Source of the DNA: an uncultured Acidobacteriaceae bacterium
GTDB taxonomy: Bacteria > Acidobacteriota > Terriglobia > Terriglobales > Acidobacteriaceae
Direction of reading: 5' to 3'
Assembly: GCA_963749295.1 (NCBI GenBank)
Contig: CAVVMQ010000007.1
Span: forward strand, 17,708-81,707
DNA length: 64,000 nucleotides
The notes under the pieces were generated by a model, which was not told the origin of the DNA, did not search any database, and saw nothing but the letters and a program-made list of their open reading frames with translations. Of the stretch, positions 38,419-46,833 are shown one piece after another. The position numbers were made by a program, and so were the translations under genes. The stretch's first letter is position 1. The number at the start of each line of letters is the position of its first letter.

Positions 38419-38934
38419 ATGCTCCAGAAGCGAATCCCCCAGAATCGGATCGACGACCAGCCCTCGATTTCCCGCGAGATGGTGCGCGAGGCCCAGGAAA
38501 TCCTCCACCAGCACCTCAAGCGGGTCGGCCTGAAGCAGACGGCGCAGCGTGACACCATTCTGCGCTCGTTCCTTGAAACCCGCGACCATCTCTCCACCGA
38601 CGAACTGCACCGCCTCGTCCAGAGGAAGGACGCCGGCATCGGCTACACTACCGTCTACCGCACTCTCAAACTGCTGGCCGAGTGCGGACTGGCCAGCGAG
38701 GTCGCTTTCCACGATGGCATCGCCCGTTACGAGCACCAATACAACCGGCGCAGCCATCACCATATGGTCTGCACCGAGTGCGGCAGTTCGGTGGAATTCT
38801 TTTCCCGTGAAGTCGACCAGTTGGAACAGGAAATCGGGCGCAGACACCACTACAGTACGACCCGTCATACCTTCCAGATTTATGGAGTTTGCGAAGACTG
38901 CCGCAAGAAGAATCCGGCAGCGCGCGCCGTCTGA
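38419..38934 (+). CDS. fur: Fur family transcriptional regulator
   Basis: TAQRDTILRSFL...STDELHRLV winged helix, HHHMVCTECG and CEDC metal sites. Confidence 0.9.
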   Translation: MLQKRIPQNRIDDQPSISREMVREAQEILHQHLKRVGLKQTAQRDTILRSFLETRDHLSTDELHRLVQRKDAGIGYTTVYRTLKLLAECGLASEVAFHDGIARYEHQYNRRSHHHMVCTECGSSVEFFSREVDQLEQEIGRRHHYSTTRHTFQIYGVCEDCRKKNPAARAV

Positions 38935-38942
38935 AGGAATCC

Positions 38943-39404
38943 ATGTCCATCTCTTGCCCAGACTGCGCCGCGCAGATGCCTGACGCTGCGGCTTACTGCC
39001 CCGGATGTGGCCGCGCCATGCGTCCGGTCGAGCGCGCTCGCGGCACCGTCGGCGCCCTCCCTGAGAATCTGGCCGGGGCCTTGGCTTACTGCACAATTAT
39101 CCCGGCCATAGTCTTTCTCTTGGTCGAGCCCTACAGTAAAAATCGCTTCGTGCGCTTTCATTCCTTTCAATGCCTCGCAGTGAGTTTGGTGACGTTGATA
39201 GTTGGAGCGCTGCTTAGGGTCGTTGGGTTCATGCTGCTTTTTGTTCCGGTGCTCGGCCACCTCCTGATCTGGTTGCTGTCCATGGTGGTTACCCTCGCGT
39301 TTTTCGCGGTCTGGGTGGTACTCATCGTGAAGGCTCTGCAAGGCGAGACCTTCAAGGTCCCCGTATTGGGCGACTTCGCAGAACAGCAAGCAACTGTCAC
39401 GTGA
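38943..39404 (+). CDS. zinc-ribbon + DUF4870 membrane protein (paralog 1)
   Basis: The ATG at 38943 lies 8 nt after the fur stop. CPDC...CPGC ribbon, then LAYCTIIPAIVFLLVEPYSKNRFVRFHSFQCL and 3 TM segments. Confidence 0.8.
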   Translation: MSISCPDCAAQMPDAAAYCPGCGRAMRPVERARGTVGALPENLAGALAYCTIIPAIVFLLVEPYSKNRFVRFHSFQCLAVSLVTLIVGALLRVVGFMLLFVPVLGHLLIWLLSMVVTLAFFAVWVVLIVKALQGETFKVPVLGDFAEQQATVT

Positions 39405-39536
39405 GTCTCACTTCGTTCGCGCCAGTTGAAGTTTGCTTCCCCTGCGGTTTTCTGGTATTTTGCCGCATCGTCTCTCGGGACCGTACAAGTGCGGTCTAAC
39501 TGCCCGCCTAGGTTTCGACCGAACAAGGGGGTTCCA

Positions 39537-39968
39537 ATGGCATTTTGCAATAGTTGTGGTGCACAGATCGCCGATGGCACGACCACGTGCGCAGCCTGCG
39601 CCGGTCGGGCTGGGGCCGCGCCCTCCGCCGCGGCGTCTGGAATGACCGACAACGTAGCCGGAATGCTGGCCTATGTCACCTTCATTCCAGCCATCATTTT
39701 TCTCGTGACCGCGCCCTACAACCAGAGCCGGTTCGTTCGTTTCCATTCCTACCAGAGTATTTTCTTCAGCATCGCCATCTTCGCCATCCAGGTCATACTG
39801 TCGATGTTGACCGTCGTCCCGTTCCTGATTCTCGTCACCGGACCTCTGCACCTGCTGGTCTTCCTGGGAGCGGTGATCGTCTGGATCATCCTGCTGCTGA
39901 AGGCGAACCAGGGCCAGATGTTCAAGCTGCCCATAATCGGAGACCTCGCGGAAAAACAGGCGGGCTAG
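39537..39968 (+). CDS. zinc-ribbon + DUF4870 membrane protein (paralog 2)
   Basis: CNSC...CAAC ribbon, then LAYVTFIPAIIFLVTAPYNQSRFVRFHSYQSI; C-terminal ...FKLPIIGDLAEKQ parallels FKVPVLGDFAEQQ in paralog 1. Confidence 0.8.
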   Translation: MAFCNSCGAQIADGTTTCAACAGRAGAAPSAAASGMTDNVAGMLAYVTFIPAIIFLVTAPYNQSRFVRFHSYQSIFFSIAIFAIQVILSMLTVVPFLILVTGPLHLLVFLGAVIVWIILLLKANQGQMFKLPIIGDLAEKQAG

Positions 39969-40117
39969 GTCTCGGTCAGCTGGCAGAAAAAGATCCGGAA
40001 ACTTGCTGTCTCCCGCGCACTCCGCGTTTTGAGCTTTTCTTAGGCCATGGCAAACTCCAATCGCAAACTCGAACTGCCGCCCTTGGCTTTCTTCGGGCTA
40101 ACTGGGAGTTGACTCGC

Positions 40118-40133
40118 TCCCATAAATATGGGA
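40118..40133. promoter_or_regulatory. inverted repeat TCCCATA-aa-TATGGGA upstream of vapB (candidate antitoxin operator)
   Basis: A 7-2-7 palindrome ending 10 nt before the vapB ATG. TTGACT (40109-40114) and GAACAT (40132-40137) are spaced 17 nt apart. Confidence 0.35.
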
Positions 40134-40143
40134 ACATCACTTC

Positions 40144-40395
40144 ATGAAGACCACGCTGGAAATTCCAGATGCCATCTTTCGTCGCGCCAAGTCCGTCGCC
40201 GCCGAGCGCGGGATTCCTTTTCGGGCGCTTGTCTCGGAAGCGCTGGCGGACAAGCTGCGCGCCCAGGGCGAAAGAGACGCCAAGCCGTGGATGAAGACCT
40301 TCGGCAAACTCCGTCGCCTGCGTAAGGAAACGGCCAGAATTAACCTGATCATCGAAGAGGAGTTCGACCGGATCGAGACCGAGGATCGACAGTGA
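40144..40395 (+). CDS. vapB: type II antitoxin (VapB-like; partner of the PIN toxin)
   Basis: 83 aa; MKTTLEIPDAIFRRAKSVAAERGIPFRALVSEAL is a typical antitoxin N-terminal DNA-binding segment; immediately upstream of a PIN gene. Confidence 0.75.
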   Translation: MKTTLEIPDAIFRRAKSVAAERGIPFRALVSEALADKLRAQGERDAKPWMKTFGKLRRLRKETARINLIIEEEFDRIETEDRQ

Positions 40396-40419
40396 GGATC
40401 AACAGTGAGGCTCGACAGT
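40381..40419. repeat. 3 x 13-nt tandem repeat gaggatcgacagt / gaggatcaacagt / gaggctcgacagt at the vapB-vapC junction
   Basis: Copy 1 carries the vapB TGA (40393-40395). Copy 3 carries the vapC GTG (40418-40420). Every copy contains GAGG plus GTGA. Confidence 0.95.
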
Positions 40420-40795
40420 GATTCTGGACACCAATGGGTTGTCAGCCGTCGCAGACGGGGATGCGGCGTTGGAGCCGATTGTTCGCAGCGCTGTCGAGCT
40501 CGCCGTTCCGGTGGTTGTGTTAGGCGAATACCGGTATGGAATTCAGCAATCACGCGACCGGCAGCGCTACGAACAATGGCTGACAGAAACGGTTTGCAAC
40601 TACCGCGTACTCGATGTGGATGAAGATACGGCCATCTCTTATGCTGCGATCCGAACCGAACTCAAGCGAGCCGGAACCCCAATTCCTTCCAACGATGTTT
40701 GGATTGCCGCACTCTGCCGCCAGCATTCCCTCTCCCTCATAAGCCGTGACCAGCACTTCGATCTTGTTCGCGGAATCAAGCGGATAAATTGGTAG
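40418..40795 (+). CDS. vapC: PIN-domain ribonuclease toxin VapC
   Basis: MILDTNGLSAV (first acidic residue), later D/E residues (LDVDED, SNDVWIAA) and ISRDQHF, as in PIN toxins. Confidence 0.85.
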   Translation: MILDTNGLSAVADGDAALEPIVRSAVELAVPVVVLGEYRYGIQQSRDRQRYEQWLTETVCNYRVLDVDEDTAISYAAIRTELKRAGTPIPSNDVWIAALCRQHSLSLISRDQHFDLVRGIKRINW

Positions 40796-40898
40796 TGGGT
40801 CAAAGTAGACCACTACCGGCCAGTGATCGCCCTTGACTTTCTTTCTCTAAGCTGTCATTCCTATTAGCTTTTACCTCGCGCCCGAAAATGTACCGCAT

Positions 40899-41915
40899 GT
40901 GTCTTTTTCGGCGGCGGGAATCCTTGGCCGACTGGGGTATCGCTTGAAAGTCAGAGTTTTCTATCACGACAAGTGTTTCGACGGAGCTTCTTCCGCCGCG
41001 CTCTTCTCCCGTTTCTATCGCGAGCGCATTCGCGAAGATGCCAGCTTCGTCTTCTCCGGCCTCCTGCATCGCGCGGGATCGCTCTTTGACGAATCTCATT
41101 TCGACGGAGACGAAAACGCCATCGTCGATTTCAAGTATTCCCCTTCGCCCAAAATCACCTGGTGGTTCGACCATCATCAGAGCGCGTTTCTGTCGCCTGA
41201 GGATGCGGCCCACTTCGAGCGCGACCAGAGCAATCGAAAGTTCTACGATCCAGATTTCAAGTCCTGCACCAGTTTTATTGCCATGATCGCGCAGCAGCGC
41301 TTCGGCTTCGATCCCGCTCCCGTGGCCGACCTTGTACATTGGACTGACGTCATCGACGGCGCTCTTTATCCCGATGCCAAAACCGCCGTCGAAGTGCAGG
41401 CGCCTGCCATGAAGTTAACCATGGTCATCGAATCCGCGCCCGACCGGTTCGTGCCCAACCTGATTCCGCTGCTCGCCACCAAGCCCCTGAGCGAGATTCT
41501 GGAAGAGCCGTTCGTGGCCCCGCTCTTGCCCCCGCTGCTCCGCCGCCACGAGCTTTCCATCGAAATTCTCAAGCAGCGGACTGAGTGCATCGACGGAACA
41601 ATTTTCTTCGACGTCACCGATCACGATCTCGAAGGCTATAACAAGTTCGTTCCTTACTATCTGCATCCCGAATCCATCTATAGCGTGGGACTCAGCAAGA
41701 GCAGCTTCCGCGTGAAGGTTTCGGTAGGATCGAATCCCTGGGCTCCGCAAGAGCCAGTGGTGAACCTGGCCAAGATTTGCGAGCGCTACGGCGGAGGCGG
41801 ACACGCCCGCGTGGGCGCCATCTCCTTCAACGTGAACCAGCACGCGGCGGCGATCAGGGCTTCCCGCGAGATCGTGAACGAACTTCGCGCCGCGGTCCGC
41901 CAACAAAGGAGTTGA
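40899..41915 (+). CDS. DHH/DHHA1 family phosphoesterase
   Basis: YHDKCFDGASSAAL (DHH motif I-like), WFDHHQS (DHH) and GGGGHARVGA (DHHA1 GGGH). Confidence 0.8.
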   Translation: MSFSAAGILGRLGYRLKVRVFYHDKCFDGASSAALFSRFYRERIREDASFVFSGLLHRAGSLFDESHFDGDENAIVDFKYSPSPKITWWFDHHQSAFLSPEDAAHFERDQSNRKFYDPDFKSCTSFIAMIAQQRFGFDPAPVADLVHWTDVIDGALYPDAKTAVEVQAPAMKLTMVIESAPDRFVPNLIPLLATKPLSEILEEPFVAPLLPPLLRRHELSIEILKQRTECIDGTIFFDVTDHDLEGYNKFVPYYLHPESIYSVGLSKSSFRVKVSVGSNPWAPQEPVVNLAKICERYGGGGHARVGAISFNVNQHAAAIRASREIVNELRAAVRQQRS

Positions 41916-41995
41916 GGGAGAGAAACGCTTCCTGTTGTGTTCGGGAAGAGAACGATCAGGCAGCCGTGGTACTCTGAACGTTCCTTGCGCGCCGC

Positions 41996-42532
41996 ATGCT
42001 TTCGCCGGCAACGAAAATCGACTTGCAAAACGCCCAGAGAAATCTGCTGCGGGCGGTTGCTTCCTTCGAGTTCATCAAGGGCATTTTTGTTTTGTTGATC
42101 GGACTGAGCGCCATTCTGCTCGTCCACAAGGACGCCTGGGTGATTGCCGAAAGCCTGCTGGCTCTGTTGCACATCAGTACCGACCGGCACTCAGCTCAGG
42201 TGTTCCTCGATTTTGCCGACAACCTGACCGACGCCCGCCTGTGGGCCGCTGCGCAACTCGCATTCACTTACTCCGCCTTGCGTTTTGCAGAGGCTTACGG
42301 CCTGTGGAAGCAACGCACCTGGGCGGAATGGCTTGCCTTCGGCTCTGGAACTCTGCTTCTTCCGCTCGAGGTCCGGGAGCTCATGCGCGGCATCACGCTC
42401 GTGCGCTCGACGATGTTTGTAGCCAATCTTGCCATCGTTTTCTACATGTTCTTCCTGCTGCGCGCCGGCCGCCGCCGCCGGCGCGAGTTACAGTCGATTG
42501 ACCCCGAAATCCCCGACCAGAGCGGCAAGTAG
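41996..42532 (+). CDS. DUF2127 family membrane protein
   Basis: LRAVASFEFIKGIFVLLIGL..., RFAEAYGLWKQRTWAEWLA and LPLEVRELM are typical of DUF2127; 4 TM segments. Confidence 0.75.
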   Translation: MLSPATKIDLQNAQRNLLRAVASFEFIKGIFVLLIGLSAILLVHKDAWVIAESLLALLHISTDRHSAQVFLDFADNLTDARLWAAAQLAFTYSALRFAEAYGLWKQRTWAEWLAFGSGTLLLPLEVRELMRGITLVRSTMFVANLAIVFYMFFLLRAGRRRRRELQSIDPEIPDQSGK

Positions 42533-42603
42533 GGACCAACGACTCTGGCGGCGCCCGCTCCCTCTGCTTCATAATTTACGATTATCGCAACGCGGAGGCT
42601 CCC

Positions 42604-43134
42604 ATGCGCGTTTCTTCTTGCTGTTTGTTCGTCGTGCTTTCCACCCTTGGAGTGGCTTTTGGTCAGGACACAAATTTTCCCACCGGCCCGCAGTACCTGA
42701 TGAACTCAGACTCAGTGAGAAACGGGTCGCCCTTGTTCTTGCATCCCATCTCCACGCCTACGATGTCGCTGACCGACCCGCCTCTTGAAGTCGGCGCCAG
42801 CAATGCCACCGGCGTCCTCATTGCCGGAGCCGATAATCAGACTGTCGTGCCGTCAAGTTCAGACGCTCTACCCAGCATAGATTTGTTTCCCATCTTCTAC
42901 GGCGAGCCCACGGCCAGCACGATCGAGATCAGTTTTCCCTCTGAACCGTCCGCCAATCTTCCGGAGGGCTTTCTCGATGCGGGAGTCTGGCAGATGACCA
43001 CCGCTGAGGCATTGCGCGAGCGTGGCTACGGAGTTTCTCTGGTGGAAGGGGCGGCTTACGGCAGGACGCATACGCGCCACGCGACTCGGGTCTACACCAA
43101 CGCCGACATCGATCGACTGCATAGCGGCAGTTAG
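42604..43134 (+). CDS. secreted hypothetical protein
   Basis: Signal peptide MRVSSCCLFVVLSTLGVAFGQD; no recognisable domain. Confidence 0.6.
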   Translation: MRVSSCCLFVVLSTLGVAFGQDTNFPTGPQYLMNSDSVRNGSPLFLHPISTPTMSLTDPPLEVGASNATGVLIAGADNQTVVPSSSDALPSIDLFPIFYGEPTASTIEISFPSEPSANLPEGFLDAGVWQMTTAEALRERGYGVSLVEGAAYGRTHTRHATRVYTNADIDRLHSGS

Positions 43135-43157
43135 CGAAATGCCGTGTGGATGCGGCC

Positions 43158-43829
43158 CTACGGTTTCTCAGGGCTGACGGGTTCGTTCCCGCGGCATAGG
43201 GCCCAACACGTGAGTACACTGATCGCCACGATCCCGGTTCCCCTGGCCCAGGTGCTGTTCAGGATCGCTCCGTTGGCGTCGAGTATCTGGGCAGGCTTGG
43301 CTCTTGCACCGCATCGTTCGTCTCGAGTGACCTGCTCCCCGCGATGTACCGTTACGTCCGGCGATCCGGTGTCTTTTGATCGCTGCGACGCCACATGCCG
43401 GTAGTGAATCTTGACATCGTTCTCGTACGCGGCCACCACCACTTTTCCACCTGCATCGATGACGGTATAACGCGTCCATTCTTGCGTTAGCGGAACGACT
43501 GTCATACAGTTCACGCGCACTCTCATTCCTCGCGCGCTGTTCAGTTGCAGGCTGCCGTGGTCGAGGACCAGTTCGTCTCCCTCAAACTGCACGAGAGTGT
43601 CAGGTTGAATCGTGACCGTGGAGCCGTCAATGTCGACTTTCGCGGTACTCTCCGGGCGCGTCTGTACCAGGTCGTGGGGAAAAATCGCGGAGGAATTGGG
43701 CGCAGGCTGCCCGTTCAGCCAGACGCCTCCATCGCTGTGGAGCATCGCCCGCCCGAAATCCTGCGCGATCAGCGACGCCGGCAGAACCATCACCATCGCG
43801 CCGCAAACCAGCTTGCGCCATTCAGCCAA
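43158..43829 (-). CDS. FecR-domain-like secreted protein with a C-terminal anchor (paralog A)
   Basis: Signal peptide, GGVWLNGQPAPNSSAIFPHDLVQTRPESTAKVDIDGSTVTIQPDTLVQF (FecR-like pattern), conserved VRVNC, and a C-terminal hydrophobic segment plus CRGNEPVSPEKP tail. Confidence 0.65.
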   Translation of the reverse strand: MAEWRKLVCGAMVMVLPASLIAQDFGRAMLHSDGGVWLNGQPAPNSSAIFPHDLVQTRPESTAKVDIDGSTVTIQPDTLVQFEGDELVLDHGSLQLNSARGMRVRVNCMTVVPLTQEWTRYTVIDAGGKVVVAAYENDVKIHYRHVASQRSKDTGSPDVTVHRGEQVTRDERCGARAKPAQILDANGAILNSTWARGTGIVAISVLTCWALCRGNEPVSPEKP

Positions 43830-43983
43830 ACAGACTCCCGCCTTTTTCCCGCATCAACTGCTTTCTGCAAGGGTAACCTGCCCTCTTTTTGCTGGCTATT
43901 GCCTCGCGTGATTCCCGCTGCCAGCTTGGTGCCCGGTGAGAAATGACAGGATCTCTTAGGGGAAATGACGAGGCCGATATTCT

Positions 43984-44018
43984 GGAAACTAGAAACCGGA
44001 AACTAGGAACTGCTAACC
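43984..44018. repeat. solo heptamer array ggaaact agaaacc ggaaact aggaact gctaacc
   Basis: Five 7-nt units. The stop codon (44003-44005) of the minus-strand RNB gene lies inside it. Confidence 0.8.
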
Positions 44019-45475
44019 CTTGCGAAGTCGATAAAGCCGCGCTGGACGTCGACGCGAATCAGTTTGACGCGCAACTTGTCGCCGACGTCCACCCCCTGCT
44101 GCCCCTGAGCCAGCAATCCCTCGACGGGCGGTTGCGCGACGCGGACGAACGTTCCCTTGGGAGTTGCGCCGGTGACGATGGCGTCGAAGATGGCGCCGAT
44201 GCGATTCTGCATCGCGACCGCCGCCAGGCGTTTCGACATCTCACGCTCGACCTTTCGCGCGGCGTCTCCACGCTCGGTGCAGTTGGCGGCGATCAGGGTA
44301 AGTTCGTTATCCGAGTAAGGATTAGGCTGGCCCCCGAGCATAGCTTTCAGAATTCTTTGCGTCACCATGTCAGCGAAGCGGCGGTTGGGAGCGGTGGAGT
44401 GCGTGTAATCCTGAACCGCCAGGCCGAAGTGTCCGGGTGCAGGCTCACCAGGGCGCTCGAGCACGTATTCCCCCGGGCCAATCAACTTAATCACGGCCAG
44501 GGAAAGGTCGGCAAAATGATCCGGATCGGTCGTTTTGCGGTTGATTAGAAAATCGTTGAGGGCTTTAGAATCGGGATCGGCTGGAAGCTTCTCACTATAG
44601 GTCGCGGCCAGTTGGACGATGCGGTCCCAGCGTTCTGGCTGTTTTACGATGCGTCGCAAAGAAGAAACCTTTTCGAGCATCCGCGCCACCACGCCATTGG
44701 CGGCAATCATGAAGTCTTCAATCAACTCGGTGGCCCGGTTTTTCTGCTGCTTCACCACGTCAACCACCTGCGCATTCAGCACCATGGGAAGAGTTTCTTC
44801 GGTTTCGAGGCTGAGCGCTCCATTTTCATAGCGCCGGGCCTTCAGTTTCTGCGCCACCACGTCCTGCAAGCGCAGTTGCGCCTGCAGATCGGCGGAGGCG
44901 GCCACCTTCGGCGGTGCCGCTGCCGTGCCCTCCAGCCACGCTCCCAGCGAGTTGTATTGAAGTTGCGCCTGGTTGCGAACCAGGGCGCGATAGACGTCGC
45001 TGGAAGTGACGTGGCCACCGCTATCCACCACAAATTCGGTGACCACGCTCAGGCAGTCTTGCTGTTCCAGCAGGGAAGTCTTGCCCGTGGAAAGCTCCTC
45101 CGGCAGCATGGGGAAGTTTCGGATTCCAGTGTAGACCGTCGTCGTTTCGCGAGCGGCATGCTGGTCAATGGCGCTCTGCTTGGGGACGAATGCGTCTACA
45201 TCGGCAATACCGATCAGAACTCTGGTGTCGCCGTTCGACAAGCGTTCGGCAACCTCGATCTGATCCAAATCGCGGGACGTGTCGTTGTCGATGGACGACC
45301 ACAATTGGCTCCGCAGATCGCGAACCGTTCCCGCAGCAGCGATGGCGGGAGGATTCGCCCGCAATTGTTGCAGTTGCTGCTGGACCGCAGGTGAGAAGTC
45401 CGGTTGAAATCCGTGTTGTTGCACGACGGTTTTTGCGACGGCCTGCAGGTCGATGTGAGAGGAGTTGGCCGTCAC
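44003..45475 (-). CDS. RNB-domain exoribonuclease (RNase II/R family) with a C-terminal S1 domain
   Basis: HFGLAVQDYTHSTAPNRRFADMVTQR (RNB motif) and an S1-like FDAIVTGATPKGTFVRV...VKLIRVDVQRGFIDF. Confidence 0.85.
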   Translation of the reverse strand: MTANSSHIDLQAVAKTVVQQHGFQPDFSPAVQQQLQQLRANPPAIAAAGTVRDLRSQLWSSIDNDTSRDLDQIEVAERLSNGDTRVLIGIADVDAFVPKQSAIDQHAARETTTVYTGIRNFPMLPEELSTGKTSLLEQQDCLSVVTEFVVDSGGHVTSSDVYRALVRNQAQLQYNSLGAWLEGTAAAPPKVAASADLQAQLRLQDVVAQKLKARRYENGALSLETEETLPMVLNAQVVDVVKQQKNRATELIEDFMIAANGVVARMLEKVSSLRRIVKQPERWDRIVQLAATYSEKLPADPDSKALNDFLINRKTTDPDHFADLSLAVIKLIGPGEYVLERPGEPAPGHFGLAVQDYTHSTAPNRRFADMVTQRILKAMLGGQPNPYSDNELTLIAANCTERGDAARKVEREMSKRLAAVAMQNRIGAIFDAIVTGATPKGTFVRVAQPPVEGLLAQGQQGVDVGDKLRVKLIRVDVQRGFIDFARVSSS

Positions 45476-46647
45476 TCGGTGACCACAGCTTTCACCAGAT
45501 TTCGTGGGCGGTCTACGTTGTATCCTTTTTTCGTAGCCACATGGTAGGCGAACAGTTGTAGGGGGATCACTTCGACAATCGGCAGCAATAGTTCGGGCGC
45601 GGCCGCAACGAAAAATACATCATCGGCAATGTCGGTGACCTCGTGATCCCCTTCGGTGGCGACCGTCACCAGCCGTCCGTGCCGTGACTTTACCTCCTTC
45701 ATCACCTCGAGGGTGCGCCGGTAGCGCAGAACCGAATCCGGATCATGCCGGTCGCAGGTCGCCAGCACCACCACCGGCAGGTGCTCGTCGACCAGCGCAT
45801 TCGGACCGTGTTTAAGTTCGCCCGCGGGATAGCCTTCCGCATGGGCATAGGAAATTTCCTTGAGTTTGAGCGCGCCCTCGCGCGCAATGGCATAATGCAC
45901 GCCTCTTCCGAGGTACAAAAACTTTTCCGCATGAAAATGCTTCTGAGCGAATTGCTCCGCGAGATCGTCCCAGGCCCGGAGACTGCTCTCGATCGCCTCC
46001 GGCAGGCGCAACAGCCGCTGCAGGTAAGAGCGTGTGACCTCCGAGGTCATGCGGCCACGCTTTCGCGCGAGGAATAACGCCATCAGATAAAGGACAGTGA
46101 CCTGCGTGGTGAAACTCTTGGTTGCGGGCACAGCCAGTTCCGGTCCGGCGCCTGTAATCAACGCGGCACTAGCCTCGCAAGGAATCGTCGCGTCGGCCAC
46201 GTTCGAAACTGCGATCGTTTTCACGCCGCGGGTCAGCGCTTCGCGTTGCGCGGCAATGGTGTCGGCAGTTTCACCGGACTGCGTGACCACCATCACGATG
46301 GGGTCGACGGCGGCGTGCGTGGAGCGATAACAATACTCGCTGGCGTATTCCACATCGACGGCGACGCCGGAAAGATCTTCGATCATAATTTCGCCAGCCA
46401 GGCCGGCATGGCGGCTCGAGCCGCTGGCGGCGATGATCAGCTTCTCAAAGGTCAACAGCGCACTTTCGATCGCGTGCAACTCGCCGGGGAAAAGAATGTC
46501 GTTTTGCAGATGCTTCTCAACAGTTTTGGCGATGGCCTGGGGCTGTTCGTAGATCTCCCGGCGCATGGCATGGGTAAAACCGGCAGCCGCAAGGTTGGAA
46601 TTGGGTTTGCTTGGATTCATGGTCGACTGCGGCTGAGGGTAAATCAT
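45472..46647 (-). CDS. tandem-SIS-domain protein (GlmS isomerase-half-like, no glutaminase domain)
   Basis: MRREIYEQPQAI..., two SIS domains (ASGSSRHAG; VSNVADA), and a GlmS-like C-terminus DRPRNLVKAVVTE. Start uncertain (46647, 46620 or 46692). The stop overlaps the RNB start by 4 nt. Confidence 0.8.
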   Translation of the reverse strand: MIYPQPQSTMNPSKPNSNLAAAGFTHAMRREIYEQPQAIAKTVEKHLQNDILFPGELHAIESALLTFEKLIIAASGSSRHAGLAGEIMIEDLSGVAVDVEYASEYCYRSTHAAVDPIVMVVTQSGETADTIAAQREALTRGVKTIAVSNVADATIPCEASAALITGAGPELAVPATKSFTTQVTVLYLMALFLARKRGRMTSEVTRSYLQRLLRLPEAIESSLRAWDDLAEQFAQKHFHAEKFLYLGRGVHYAIAREGALKLKEISYAHAEGYPAGELKHGPNALVDEHLPVVVLATCDRHDPDSVLRYRRTLEVMKEVKSRHGRLVTVATEGDHEVTDIADDVFFVAAAPELLLPIVEVIPLQLFAYHVATKKGYNVDRPRNLVKAVVTE

Positions 46648-46833
46648 TTGCCGCGATCGGAGCAAACCGGCTCCGGGAACAAAACCACCCACGTTCTCAG
46701 TGAAACGGATGGCGAGGCAAACAAATCCGCCTTACCTCGCAGGGCACAAAACTATCGCTGGCTGCCTTTCGTAACTTTCACTTTCCGGCAATTGTTCTCA
46801 CACTAGATCTCTCCACGTTAGTAGTGTGTCCGG

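Noticed and set aside
37919-38533. 204-aa plus-strand ORF spanning the REP element, the Fur box and the fur start
   Set aside because: It reads through a repeat element and an operator and overlaps fur out of frame. The composition is not protein-like.
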